A stretch of DNA of 64,000 nucleotides from Mobula hypostoma (taxonomy: Eukaryota), in contig NC_086108.1 of assembly GCF_963921235.1 (NCBI RefSeq), forward strand, positions 86,864,001-86,928,000. Reading direction: 5' to 3'. A program made the position numbers and the translations under genes. Shown here piece by piece: positions 1 to 11,582 of this stretch (the stretch's first letter is position 1; the number at the start of each line of letters is the position of its first letter). Below the pieces are notes generated by a model. The model had not been told where the DNA came from. It saw only the letters and a list, made by a program, of their open reading frames with translations, and did no database searches.

Positions 1-199
1 TGGTCCCAAGTGAATCCACAAAGTGTCAATGGGAACAACTGCACTCCAAGTGGATTTAAAGTTGTATGCAGAGTCAAGTTGGTGCCTACTGTTGAAAATT
101 CCTAAGGCAATGGATTTAAGGTGAGCATCAGTTCAGATGATGATTTCATGCACTGTTTTGCACAAATAAAATCTCCACCTTGCTGACAATCAACACCAG

Positions 200-1122
200 C
201 ACACCTCAAGGATGTGTGCTTAGCCCATTGCTCTGTTCTACTCTACACCCATGCACAGCTCAAATGCTATCTATAAATTTTCTGATGATACAGCTACTGT
301 TGCCAGAATTTCAGATGGAGACAAGATGGTGTACTGGAGTAACATATATCAGCTAGTTGAGTGGTGTCGTAGTAACCACTCAGCAAGACCAAAGAACTAA
401 TTGTGGACTTCAGAAAGGGTAAGACAAAAGAACACACACCAGTCCTCATAGAGGGATCAGAAGTGGAAAAAATGAACCACTTCAAGTTCAGGAGTATCAA
501 CATCTCTGAGGATCTATCCTGAGACCAATAAATCAATGCAGCTATAAAGAAGGCATGAGAGTGTTTATATTGCATCAGGAGTTTGAGGAAATTTAGTATG
601 TCACCAAAGACAATGACAAATTTCTACAGATGGACCATGGAGAACAATCTAACTAGCTGCATCACTGTCTGGTATGGGGATGAGGTTGCTACTATACAGG
701 CTTGAAATAAGCTGCAGAGAGTTGTAAACTTAGTCAGCCTCCAAAGTATCTAGGAAATCTCCAAGAAGTGGTGCCTCAAAAAGGTGGCATCCATCACTAA
801 GGACCTCCATCACCCAGGTCAGGCCTTGTTTTCACTGTTACCATCAGGAAGGAGGTACAGAAACCTGAAAGCACACACTCAACAATTCAGAAACCGCTTC
901 TTCCCCTCTGCAATTTGATTTCTGAATGGACATTGAACCCATGAACACTACCTCACTCCTTTTTTATTTTTACTTATGCACTGCTTACTTAATTTAACTA
1001 TTTAATATATACTTATTGTAATCCACATTTTTTTCTATTATTATGTATTGCAGTGTACTGCTGCCACAAAGACAACAACTTCACAACATATGCCCTTGAT
1101 ATTAATGCTGATTCTAATTCTG
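200..1122 (+). mobile_element. 5'-truncated, decayed Rex1/Babar-like LINE (RT C-terminus plus 3' UTR)
   Basis: Remnants read KFSDDTA, KTKELIVDFRK, FKFRSINISEDLS; ends in CTGATTCTAATTCTG tail. Confidence 0.8.
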
Positions 1123-1529
1123 GCAATGTAGGTCTACAAAGACATATCAAGACCCAGAGTTTTTGAAACACATTCTTTCATCAACTTTTCCAGGGTTTAC
1201 TAAGTAACTCCTGTAGTTATCAAAATTATGTTTTTAGTCAAGGTACATGCTGTCTGAATGAGTGAAAGAAAGTTATTGGGACATAGGAATCAGACTATTA
1301 ATCTGTATAGCAGGTCACAAGTTAAACAAAGGTGAAACATTTGAGACTGTTACATTCATTTCCCATACAATCAAACATTTCAGATCCAAGGGTTATCATC
1401 TCCCTGTTTTCCTCATACCAATGCAAGACCTCTGAACTGCAAGAATACTAGCAGCAAATTCTGTAATTATAGTGACAATGAACTGAAAAGATTGGGGGGG
1501 CCCTGTATTTGATACTAAGTTACATGGGT

Positions 1530-1631
1530 ATCACATGTTCAGGAACATTTATTACCTTGCAACCATCAGGCTCCTGAACCAGTGTTGACAAATTCGCTCA
1601 CCTCAACTGATTCCTCACTTTCAAGGACTCT
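1530..1631 (+). mobile_element. Rex1/Babar-like 3' UTR fragment; its tail may resume at ~8757-8772
   Basis: Resembles the 3' UTR at ~17680-17820; CTTTGAACTTTGA at ~8760 matches the tail at ~42410. Confidence 0.55.
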
Positions 1632-2353
1632 AGAGTCATAGAGTCATAGAAAAGTACAGCGCAGAAATAGGCCTTTTGACCCATTTAGTCTGAGTCAAAC
1701 CATTTAACCTACCTGGTCTTATCAACATGTACCTGGAGCATACTCCCCTATGTACCCATCCAAACTTCTCTTAAACATTGAAATTGAGTTCGCATGCATC
1801 ACTTGCGCTGGCAGCTCATTCCACAATCTCACAACCCTCTGAGTGATAAAGTTTCCCCTCATGGTCCCCATAAACTTCTCTCCTTTCACCCTTACCCCAT
1901 GACCTCTGGTTGTTGTCCCACCCAACCTCAGTGGAAAAATCCTGCTTGCATTTATTGTATCTATACCCCTCGCCATTTTGTATACCTCTATCAATTCTCA
2001 TCTCAATCTCCATGTTTCAAGGAATAAAGACCTAACCTATTCAATCTTTCCGTATAACTCAGATATCCAGACCGGCAACATCCTTGTAAATTTTCTCTAT
2101 ACTTTTTCAACCTTATTTATACCTTTCCCGTAGTTTGGTGACCTAAACTGCACACAATACTCCAAATACTCCTCACCATTGACTTATACAACTTCAACGT
2201 AACATCCTATCTCCCATACTAAATATTTTGATTAATGAAGGCCAATGTGCATAATAATTTCTTTTCAACCCTATTTATCTATGCCACTGCTTTCAATGAA
2301 TTATGGACCTGTATTCCCAGATTCCTTTGTTTTACTGCACTCCTCAGTGCCCT
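1632..2353 (-). mobile_element. CR1 LINE 3' fragment
   Basis: ORF 1722-1994 (MIEVYK...TRGH...FITQRVVRLWNELP); CTATGACT-type tail at ~1632-1650. Confidence 0.9.
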
Positions 2354-2763
2354 AAGTGTTTCTCTTTGAGCATTTCAAAACTGAACCATGTTCCTTCTTT
2401 CATTATATTGCAAATAGCTGTTATTCCTTTAGCTGTCCAGTCCTTAAATCTAGCATCCAGTTTATTTGGCATATAATCTAAGTCATATGCACACCATTTA
2501 AGAATTGCAATGTTTTTCTCTAGTTTATATTCTTTTATAATAGTTTTCCATATTTTAAGAGTCCATTTCACCCACGGTTGTCAGTATTATTTATGTAACT
2601 TTGTAGGTTGTTATCAGCCAAAATTGCCTGTATGGGGATGGAAAGTATCCTCTCCTCAATGTTTTTCCATTGAGTGTCACATGATGGGTTGCACCAGCAT
2701 ATCACGGCTCTCAACTGTGCTGCAAAATAATAATCTCTAAGAGAAGGTAGGCCCCATCCCCCC

Positions 2764-3612
2764 CTATTCCCTGGCTAATTGCAAAGTTTTGAGACGAACC
2801 CTAGGCCTCTTATCTTGCCATATGTATCTTGATAGCATCTTGTTCCATTCATTGAATTGATTTTGGTTAATCTCTGTTGATAGAGTCTGAAAGAAATATA
2901 GTAGTCTGGGCAGTATATTCATTTTAATAGATTCAATCCTTGAACTGAGACCAAGAAAAGGAATTAGGTTCCATCTTGTTATACCTTCCTTAATTTTTTT
3001 ATATGTAGGCTGATAATTGCATTCTGATAATTTTGCCAAATCTTTTGGCATAATGATGCCCAAATATTTGACGGATCCTGTTTGCCATGCCCAAGGATAT
3101 CTATTTTCAATTTCTCTTGGTGGGCTATAGTTATATGAAAGTAGTTGGCTTTTACCTATGCTGATCTTGTATCCTGATAATTGGCCATATGGTTCAAAGG
3201 ATTGCATCAATTTAGGTAAAGAGTATGTTGGTTGCCCTAGATAAATCAAAATGTCATCCGTGTAACAGGCCAATTTATGCTCTGTCCCGTTAATAGTAAT
3301 TCCCCTGATATCTTCATTTTGTCTGATGTATTGAGCTAATGGTTCCAGATATAATGCGAAGAGTAGTGGTGACCGTGCACAACCCTGTCTCGTGCCCCTT
3401 TCTAGGGTAAAACTATTAGATAAACATCCATTGATTTTAATCCTGGCAGTAGGGTTGTCGTATAGTGCCTGTATAGTTTTAATAATTGTGTCATGTAGAC
3501 CAAATCTATGTAAAACTCTGTAAAGAAAATTCCAATTAACCGAATCAAATGCCTTTTCAGCGTCCACGCTTATCACTATTGCTTCAATTTCATTTTTAAA
3601 AATATGATCCAT
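2764..3612 (-). pseudogene. L1-type ORF2 reverse transcriptase fragment (282 aa)
   Basis: [44 protein letters not shown]; neighbouring sequence has stops and frameshifts. Confidence 0.85.
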
Positions 3613-4615
3613 AATGTAAAGTGTCCTTTGTATATGGTCTTGTGTTTGGCGTTGTTGTATAAAACCTGTCTGAGCATTATGTATCAGTGTGGGTAGAAAC
3701 TCTTCTAATCATTTGGCCATGATGGAGGTAAATATTCTATAATCCACATTAAGAACAGATATTGGTCCAAATGACCCACATTCCATTTTATCCTTGTCTT
3801 CTCTCGGTATAGCTGAGATTATCGCCTCCCACCAGCTGGGTGGCATTTGTGCCTTTCTCAGGGCCCAGTTCAGTGTGGAGAGTAAAATAGAAATTAACTC
3901 ACTTCTAAACTCTTTATACTACTCCGCCGTATATTCATCTGATCCCAGTGACTTGCTTAATTTAAGCCTACTAATTGCAGTTTTTAGTTCAGCTTCAGTT
4001 ACGTCAGCAGTCATCGTTCAATTTTGTTCTTTGCTTAAAGTGGGTAACTCTAAAGAATTCAGGAAGGTGTCAATTTGGGTTATGCTTCCCCCTGGAACTT
4101 TGGAATATAGCGTTTTTTCAAACATTTCAAAAGCTTTTTGAATTTCACTTAGCTTATTTTTTTATCACTTTTGTTCTTGGATCCCTTATTCTATGAATTG
4201 TATTTTCTGCTATCTTTTTTTCTCAGTTTCCACGCCAGTATTTTCATAGATTTAGATCCACTTTCATAATGTCTCTGTTTCAGAAACACTAAATTTTTTC
4301 TAATTCTCCTCCACCATCTGGTACAGTTGCATCCCTTCTTGATAAAATACCCTCGGTTTAGCAGGGGACAGGGTTTGGAATTTAATCTCTTCTTGCTTTA
4401 GTATTTGTTTCATTTTGGAATATTCCTTTTGTTTCTGTAGGACCGCGGGGGGGGTAATCATGATCGAAGTATATTAACTTCCTGTTCCAAAAAACCCTCC
4501 TTACCTCAGGCCCTTCGTAGAATCTTCACCTTGCTCTTGAATCGAAGGAATTTAAGTAATATCGAGCACGGTTTACTTTCTCTGTCTCCAGAGGGCTGCG
4601 GGACGAGGGAACGAT

Positions 4616-5741
4616 ATAGAAACATAGAAACATAGAAAATAGGTGCAGGAGTAGGCCATTCGGCCCTTCGAGCCTGCACCGCCATTTATTATGATCATGG
4701 CTGATCAGCCAACTCAGAACCCTGCCCCAGCCTTCCCTCCATACCCCCTGATCCCCGAAGCCACAAGGGCCATATCTAACTCCTTCTTAAATATAGCCAA
4801 TGAACTGGTCTCAACTGTTTCCTGTGGCAGAGAATTCCACAGATTCACCACTCTCTGTGTGAAGAAGTTTTTCCTAATCTTGGTCCTAAAAGGCTTCCCC
4901 TCTATCCTCAAACTGTGACCCCTCGTTCTGGACTTCCCCAACATCGGGAACAATCTTCCTGCATCTAGCCTGTCCAATCCCTTTAGAATTTTATACGTTT
5001 CAATCAGATCCCCCCTCAATCTTCTAAATTCCAACGAGTACAAGCCCAGTTCATCCAGTCTTTCTTCATATGAAAGTCCTGCCATCCCAGGAATCAATCT
5101 GGTGAACCTTCTTTGTACTCCCTCTATGGCAAGGATGTCTTTCCTCAGATTAGGGGACCAAAACTGCACACAATACTCCAGGTGTGGTCTCAGCAAGGCC
5201 TTGTACAACTGCAGTAGTACCTCCCTGCTCCTGTACTCGAATCCTCTCGCTATAAATGCCAGCATACCATTCGCCTTTTTCACCGCCTGCTGTACCTGCA
5301 TGCCCACTTTCAATGACTGGTGTATAATGACACCCAGGTCTCGTTGCACCTCCCCTTTTCCTAATCGGCCACCATTCAGATAATAATCTGTTTTCCTATT
5401 TTTGCCACCAAAGTGGATAACTTCACATTTATCCACATTAAATTGCATCTGCCATGAATTTGCCCACTCACCTAACCTATCCAAGTCAGTCTGCATCCTC
5501 TTAGCATCCTCCTCACTGCTAACACTGCCACCCAGCTTCGTGTCATCCGCAAACTTGGAGATGCTGCATTTAATTCCCTCATCCAAGTCATTAATATATA
5601 TTGTAAACAACTGGGGTCCCAGCACTGAGCCTTGCGGTACCCCACTAGTCACTGCCTGCCATTCTGAAAAGGTCCCGTTTATTCCCACTCTTTGCTTCCT
5701 GTCTGCTAACCAATTCTCCACCCACACCAATACCTTACCCC
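4616..5741 (-). mobile_element. Young 5'-truncated CR1 inserted in L1 ORF1
   Basis: Uninterrupted 338-aa ORF (GVPQGSVLGP, KFADDTKL, RPHLEYCVQFW); (TTCTATGT)n tail at ~4616-4640. Confidence 0.95.
4714..5730 (-). CDS. CR1 ORF2 C-terminal part (RT), 5'-truncated, still open
   Basis: RT motifs in the ORF track; probably not an expressed gene. Confidence 0.6.
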   Translation of the reverse strand: MVWVENWLADRKQRVGINGTFSEWQAVTSGVPQGSVLGPQLFTIYINDLDEGIKCSISKFADDTKLGGSVSSEEDAKRMQTDLDRLGEWANSWQMQFNVDKCEVIHFGGKNRKTDYYLNGGRLGKGEVQRDLGVIIHQSLKVGMQVQQAVKKANGMLAFIARGFEYRSREVLLQLYKALLRPHLEYCVQFWSPNLRKDILAIEGVQRRFTRLIPGMAGLSYEERLDELGLYSLEFRRLRGDLIETYKILKGLDRLDAGRLFPMLGKSRTRGHSLRIEGKPFRTKIRKNFFTQRVVNLWNSLPQETVETSSLAIFKKELDMALVASGIRGYGGKAGAGF

Positions 5742-6394
5742 TTTTTTTTTTCTTTTTTTTTCTGCAGGAGACAGATGGAACACAATTGCCCTCTCAATTT
5801 CAATCTCCATAGCGCTTCCCGCAGCAGCTTGTCTACAAAGTCCATCATCGACAATCCCTCTGCTCCTTCGGGAACATTATAAATCCTAATATTTTTCCAT
5901 CGCAATCTTCCCTCCTGGTCAAGCAATTTACTTTCCTGTTGATTTAATATTTTTACAGTCTTACTTAGTATCAGTTCTACGTTTTGCACGTGATCTTCCA
6001 TCTTCTCAATTCGAGTCTTCGCCACCGCTATTTTCTGATTGACATTGGCGAGCTCTGACTTTATATCATTGAGTTGCTGCTTTATATCTTTTTAGACTTC
6101 CCTGATCTCCTCCAGAATCCTTATCATATTTGCTGCTTTGCCTGCACGAGGCCCAGTGTCAGCTTCACCACCACGCGCACGTGTAGGAGAGCCGCGCGCT
6201 GCACCTCTCTCTTCCATAGGCTCCGCAGTGGTGCTATTTTTATCTCCATTCTTTCTCCCCATTCTTTCCCCCCTTATCAATACAGATATTTTTGATAGAT
6301 CTTATACTTGATGGATAAGCGGGGCAATATATGCGTTTTATGATTATGATTATGATTATGAGGACACGCGGTCCTCTTTTATTGTCATTTAGTA

Positions 6395-8062
6395 ATGCAT
6401 GCATTAAGAAATGATACAATGTTCTACCAGAATGATGTCACAGAAACACAAGACAAAGACATAAATAATCTTCCAGAAATAGTAAGGGACAGAGGGTCCA
6501 GTGAGATGGAGGAACTGAGCGAAATACATGTTAGTAGGGAAGTGGTGTTAGGTAAATTGAAGGGATTAAAGGCAGATAAATCCCCAGGGCCAGATGGTCT
6601 GCATCCCAGAGTGCTTAAGGAAGTAGCCCAAGAAATAGTGGATGCATTAGTGATAATTTTTCAAAACTCGTTAGATTCTGGACTAGTTCCTGAGGATTGG
6701 AGGGTGGCTAATGTAACCCCACTTTTTAAAAAAGGAGGGAGAGAGAAACCGGGGAATTATAGGCCGGTTAGCCTAACGTCGGTGGTGGGGAAACTGCTGG
6801 AGTCAGTTATCAAGGATGTGATAACAGCACATTTGGAAAGCGGTGAAATGATTGGACAAAGTCAGCATGGATTTGTGAAAGGAAAATCATGTCTGACGAA
6901 TCTCATAGAATTTTTTGAGGATGTAACTAGTAGAGTGGATAGGGGAGAACCAGTGGATGTGGTATATTTGGATTTTCAAAAGGCTTTTGACAAGGTCCCA
7001 CACAGGAGATTAGTGTGCAAACTTAAAGCACACGGTATTGGGGGTAAGGTATTGGTGTGGGTGGAGAATTGGTTAGCAGACAGGAAGCAAAGAGTGGGAA
7101 TAAACGGGACCTTTTCAGAATGGCAGGCGGTGACTAGTGGGGTACTGCAAGGCTCAGTGCTGGGACCCCAGTTGTTTACAATATATATTAATGACTTGGA
7201 TGAGGGAATTAAATGCAGCATCTCCAAGTTTGTGGATGACACGAAGCTGGGTGGCAGTGTTAGCAGTGAGGAGGATGCTAAGAGGATGCAGGGTGACTTG
7301 GATAGGTTGGGTGAGTGGGCAAACTCATGGCAGATGCAATTTAATGTGGATAAATGTGAAGTTATCCACTTTGGTGGCAAAAATAGGAAAACAGATTATT
7401 ATCTGAATGGTGGCCGATTAGGAAAAGGGGAGGTGCAACGAGACCTGGGTGTCATTATACACCAGTCATTGAAAGTGGGCATGCAGGTACAGCAGGCGGT
7501 GAAAAAGGTGAACGGTATGCTGGCATTTATAGCGAGAGGATTCGAGTACAGGAGCAGGGAGGTACTACTGCAGTTGTACAAGGCCTTGGTGAGACCACAC
7601 CTGGAGTATTGTGTGCAGTTTTGGTCCCCTAATCTGAGGAAAGACATCTTTGCCATAGAGGGAGTACAAAGAAGGTTCACCAGATTGATTCCTGGGATGG
7701 CAGGTCTTTCATATGAAGAAAGACTGGATGAACTGGGCTTGTACTCGTTGGAATTTAGAAGATTGAGGGGGGATCTGATTGAAACGTATAAGATCCTAAA
7801 GGGATTGGACAGGCTAGATGCGGGAAGATTGTTCCCGATGTTGGGGAGGTCCAGAACGAGGGGTCACAGTTTGAGGATAGAGGGGAAGCCTTTTAGGACC
7901 GAGATTAGGAAAAACTTCTTCACACAGAGAGTGGTGAATCTGTGGAATTCTCTGCCACAGCAAACTGTTGAGGCCAGTTCATTAGCTATGTTTAAAAGGA
8001 AGTTAGATATGGCCCTTGTGGCTACAGGGGTCAGGGGGTATGGAGGGAAGGCTGGGTTCTGA
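6395..8062 (+). CDS. CR1 ORF2 RT domain without endonuclease (555 aa; first ~20 aa come from the flank)
   Basis: Full RT motif set in the ORF track. Confidence 0.65.
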   Translation: MHALRNDTMFYQNDVTETQDKDINNLPEIVRDRGSSEMEELSEIHVSREVVLGKLKGLKADKSPGPDGLHPRVLKEVAQEIVDALVIIFQNSLDSGLVPEDWRVANVTPLFKKGGREKPGNYRPVSLTSVVGKLLESVIKDVITAHLESGEMIGQSQHGFVKGKSCLTNLIEFFEDVTSRVDRGEPVDVVYLDFQKAFDKVPHRRLVCKLKAHGIGGKVLVWVENWLADRKQRVGINGTFSEWQAVTSGVLQGSVLGPQLFTIYINDLDEGIKCSISKFVDDTKLGGSVSSEEDAKRMQGDLDRLGEWANSWQMQFNVDKCEVIHFGGKNRKTDYYLNGGRLGKGEVQRDLGVIIHQSLKVGMQVQQAVKKVNGMLAFIARGFEYRSREVLLQLYKALVRPHLEYCVQFWSPNLRKDIFAIEGVQRRFTRLIPGMAGLSYEERLDELGLYSLEFRRLRGDLIETYKILKGLDRLDAGRLFPMLGRSRTRGHSLRIEGKPFRTEIRKNFFTQRVVNLWNSLPQQTVEASSLAMFKRKLDMALVATGVRGYGGKAGF

Positions 8063-8158
8063 GTTGGATGATCAGCCATGATCATAATAAATGGCGGTGC
8101 AGGCTCGAAGGGCCGAATGGCCTACTCCTGCACCTATTTTCTATGTTTCTATGTTTCT
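6458..8158 (+). mobile_element. Young 5'-truncated CR1 LINE
   Basis: Open ORF2 with KSPGPDG, NYRPVSLTS, LDFQKAFDKV, QGSVLGP, FVDD; TTTCTATG-repeat tail. Confidence 0.95.
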
Positions 8159-10149
8159 AAACCAAGACTGAATAACTGACAAAAACCACATAATTATAAC
8201 AGTGCAAAGCAATACCATAATTTGATAAAGAACAGACCATGGGCACGGTAAAAAAAAGTCTCAAAGTCTCTCGAAAGTCCCATCATCTCATGCAGATGGT
8301 AGAAGGAAGAAAAAAAACTCTCCCCACCATGAGCTTCCAGCACCGCAAACTTGTCGATGCAGCACCCTGGAAGCACCCAACCACAGCTGACACTTGAGTC
8401 TGTCTGACCAGCCCTCCGACACCGAGCACCGAGCACCATCTCTGCCAAGCGCTTCGACCCCGGCCCCAGCAACAGGCAATAGGCAAACCCGAAGATCTGG
8501 GGCCTTCCCCTCCAGAGATCCTAGATCGCACAGTAGCAGTGGCAGCGAAATGAGCATTTCAGAAGTTTCTCCAGATGTTCCTCCGTGCTTCTCACATCTG
8601 TCTCCATCAAATCAGGATTGTGTACGGTACCTACTTACAAGTATGATATAATTTTGGAGTGGCCGCACGCACTGCGTTGCGCCGCCATCTTCTCCCCCCC
8701 CCCGAGGAGCTGTTGATTTAAGATGCCATTCTGAACGATGACATCACTGGAACCTCAAACTTTGAACTTTGATATCCAATATTGAATCAAGTGAAAGTTT
8801 GATGACCAACACAAAGTTATCATCATAAAATTTGTGCTTAAAATCAATTTTAGTCACAGCCACATAAGCAGTGACCATGCTTCACAAGAAATTGATCGCT
8901 TCCATTTTGTTAGCCACTATATGCAGCTTTTGTTTGAGAATCAATACCTATCAATTTCCTTTTGATATGGCATCTTCTCTGCTCATGACTACAGAGAAGT
9001 GTAGACACAGTTCGAACGTCACAGGAACAATTTCTTCTTGGGTTCATGAACTGAGTATAATAATGTTTAAATTGAGCCAGAACTTGGGAGGTTTGCCAAA
9101 TTTTATTTTTATCTTTGTTTTCTTTGTAATCAGTCATTCAGAAACTGAGGCTACTTACTTATCCAGTTGGTCAGTCAGTTTCCCATTTAGCTCATCCTCA
9201 GTTATAGCTCTATGGATTTTTTACTAAATTCAGGAGGGTCAGCACTGACATTAACAGAACTGTAAAATGGGGGAAGTAGGAGAAATGACATGTTTAAAAC
9301 AAACTCAAACTCAACATTCGTAGGTGTCAATAGAAAGGATGAAGAACATGAAAGATTGCTGCAAATTAACACAGAAGTTGCTTCACTTGAACCGCTACTA
9401 ATAGCTGCAGAACACGCTTGAGCAGGTATTAGCCTCATGGCTGGCGAAAGGGACTTAAGAATGATTAAATTGGCTATCGCATTCCCCTATTAAGTACAAA
9501 GCCTATTCAATCATATGCTGTAGCCCAGTTGTACTATGTCTGAGCACAGTTTGTGCTTAGAAATTATTCTCAATGGAATCTGAAAAGAAACTCTTATTTT
9601 GTGTCCTTAATATTCTGCGAACATAGAATCTCACCACCTTTATCAAAACTAAATCCCTAAACAAACCCCTAGAGGAAGGTAAGCAGTATTTAACTAGCTG
9701 TCCTCTCAACTGGAAAAAGGAAATCTTCTCTCTCCTACTGTCTGAATTAGATTAAACCACAAGTTTCAAGCAGAAGGGGTGAACACCTAACTCACTTACA
9801 CAACATCAGGGAAGCCAAAGGCTAGCATCTATTTCCAAATCGGATTAGATCTCAGACTCTGAAAAATAGACAGCAGTCGGCGTCATGTTTGGCTTTTAAG
9901 ACCTGCTGCCTTCCATATCTTATTCATCTGGTGATAAACTTGACCCCTTTGCCTCAGGCACCTCTAATGACAAATGGGCCTAAAGCTAAATATTGTGATC
10001 ATCACTGGCCTGACCAGTCGAGAAGTTTCTCCATTGCATCTGCCACAACACACGGATTTCATTCTGATTCACTGTAACTAATTTTCCTCTATGATGGGAA
10101 CATTTCAAGAGAAGACTACATTTGCCATAGCAGACCTTAACACTGCTTC

Positions 10150-10340
10150 AGTGCTAAGAGTTTTGCTCCTGAATCATGAGATTGTGGGCATCAGCTTTGT
10201 GCTAGTGGTCTGAAGCCCTCATACAAAATAATTTGTGGTATTGGTACTGAAGGAGCACTAAATTGTCAGCTAAACCGACACCCGCCCTGTTCCGAGGACA
10301 GTGTAAATATTATCTAGATAAAGAGCAGCTGAAGTCACTT
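10150..10340 (+). mobile_element. Old Deu-domain SINE remnant (SacSINE1/AmnSINE1-like)
   Basis: Degenerate motifs GTACTGAAGGAGCACT, TAAACCGA and AAGAGCAG in the expected order; recalled similarity only. Confidence 0.4.
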
Positions 10341-10514
10341 TAGCATTTAAGACTCAATTTACACCATGAAGAAACACTTAGGTTGGAGGTTGTATTGGGC
10401 TGGAAGTGAGTGTGGGCACACATCAATTTGAACCTGAGGTACATTGTGTTCAACATTTGTGTTTTCACCTCATTAACATGATGGCAGCATCCAGTGAGTA
10501 CTAATTATTGCTTT

Positions 10515-11567
10515 AGCTACATCCCCATTACGCCAGATAATTTTGAAAACGAAGCTTTTTCTCTTCGTTTTGACCCTCCATCCACACTAAAGCGGCGTTT
10601 TCATCCCCTGAAAACGGAGATTTTCAGAAACGATCTCCAGAGTGAATAAATCTGAAAACGCCTAATATCCGTTGTAGTGTGTATCGGGTAAATGGAGAGA
10701 TTTAAAAACGTTGTCATGACAACACCACAACAACAATGCTTTTTCTGCTTCTGCTTGGTACTGCGCAAGCACTGCCGTACGGCTGTTATAACCGCAGTCG
10801 GTGTAAACGGCGTGAGAGTTAATTTGTAAAGTGAGCTTTTTTGACTATTTAAAAACGCTGTCATGACGTGCCGGAACAGTTGACCGCAGTGTGGCATTTT
10901 GTTGTTTTCTTGAACGCAACCCCCCACATAACCTAACAATTTCAGAACGGACGGCAACGAGACTGAAGCCAGAAGAGTTAGAAATGTACTCACCAATTAC
11001 TTTGACCAATAGCTTACTGAATAAATAAGTATACTCACTTTGCCCTGTTTTCTGTCCTTGCTTGTATGAAGGTGGTTTACCTATTTATGCAAGTACTTCT
11101 CTAACAATAGATGTGTAACAGCCTAATGTAACATTGTATGGAAATACAAGATAACACTGATGCAGACATGTTTTATACATTTAACAAGGTGCTTTATTAA
11201 TGCAACAGAGTTAGTCAGTTTTTCAATGTTTGTCGTCAGCCGGGTCATACTGTCCATGAACTCCCTGTTGGTTGCCTCCATACGCTCCAGTATTTGTTTT
11301 TTTTTAGTTTTAAGTCCTCCTGCGTGAGAGCCAAGAGCAATTCCTTTGAAGTTTTTCTACTCTGTAACTGGACAAATGCGCATGAAATATACTGTTTCCT
11401 CTTCGCTTGTTTTCTGTGTGTCCTGCGCATGCCCAGTAGAGGAGATTCGCCCAAATATCCGTGTTAGTGTGGACAGAGGTATTTTGAAAAATGCTTAGTG
11501 TGTACGCCTGTCGTTTTTACTCGAAACCAGCGTTTTCAAAATTATCTGGCGTAGTGTGGACGTAGCC
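10515..11567. mobile_element. Non-autonomous PIF/Harbinger-like DNA transposon
   Basis: ~37-bp TIRs (GCTACATCCCCATTACGCCAGATAATTTTGAAAACG / CGTTTTCAAAATTATCTGGCGTAGTGTGGACGTAGCC); subterminal TCCACACTA repeats; coiled-coil remnant on the minus strand. Confidence 0.85.
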
Positions 11568-11582
11568 TGAGACGCACTTTAG

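Larger units (their letters stand above)
6339..8702 (-). mobile_element. ~0.7-kb non-autonomous LINE-derived element split by a CR1 (6339-6457 and 8159-8702)
   Basis: Homologous to 43870-44557; AAGATGGCGGCG head and (CATAAT)n tail. Confidence 0.8.
2354..8756 (-). mobile_element. L1/Tx1-like LINE, internally deleted, 3' end missing, with nested insertions
   Basis: Putative 5' end ~8703-8756. ORF1 remnants at 6262-5790 (RLRWKNIRIYNVPEGAEG) and 4615-4305 (IYFDHDY...QKQKEYSKMKQILK). ORF2 RT at ~4300-2354 (DAEKAFD, RGTRQGC, YTDD, YLGI). Confidence 0.85.

Noticed and set aside
5102..7680. Duplicated antisense ORFs (MPPKWITSHL..., MNLLCTPSM...)
   Set aside because: They are shadow frames of the two CR1 ORF2 copies.
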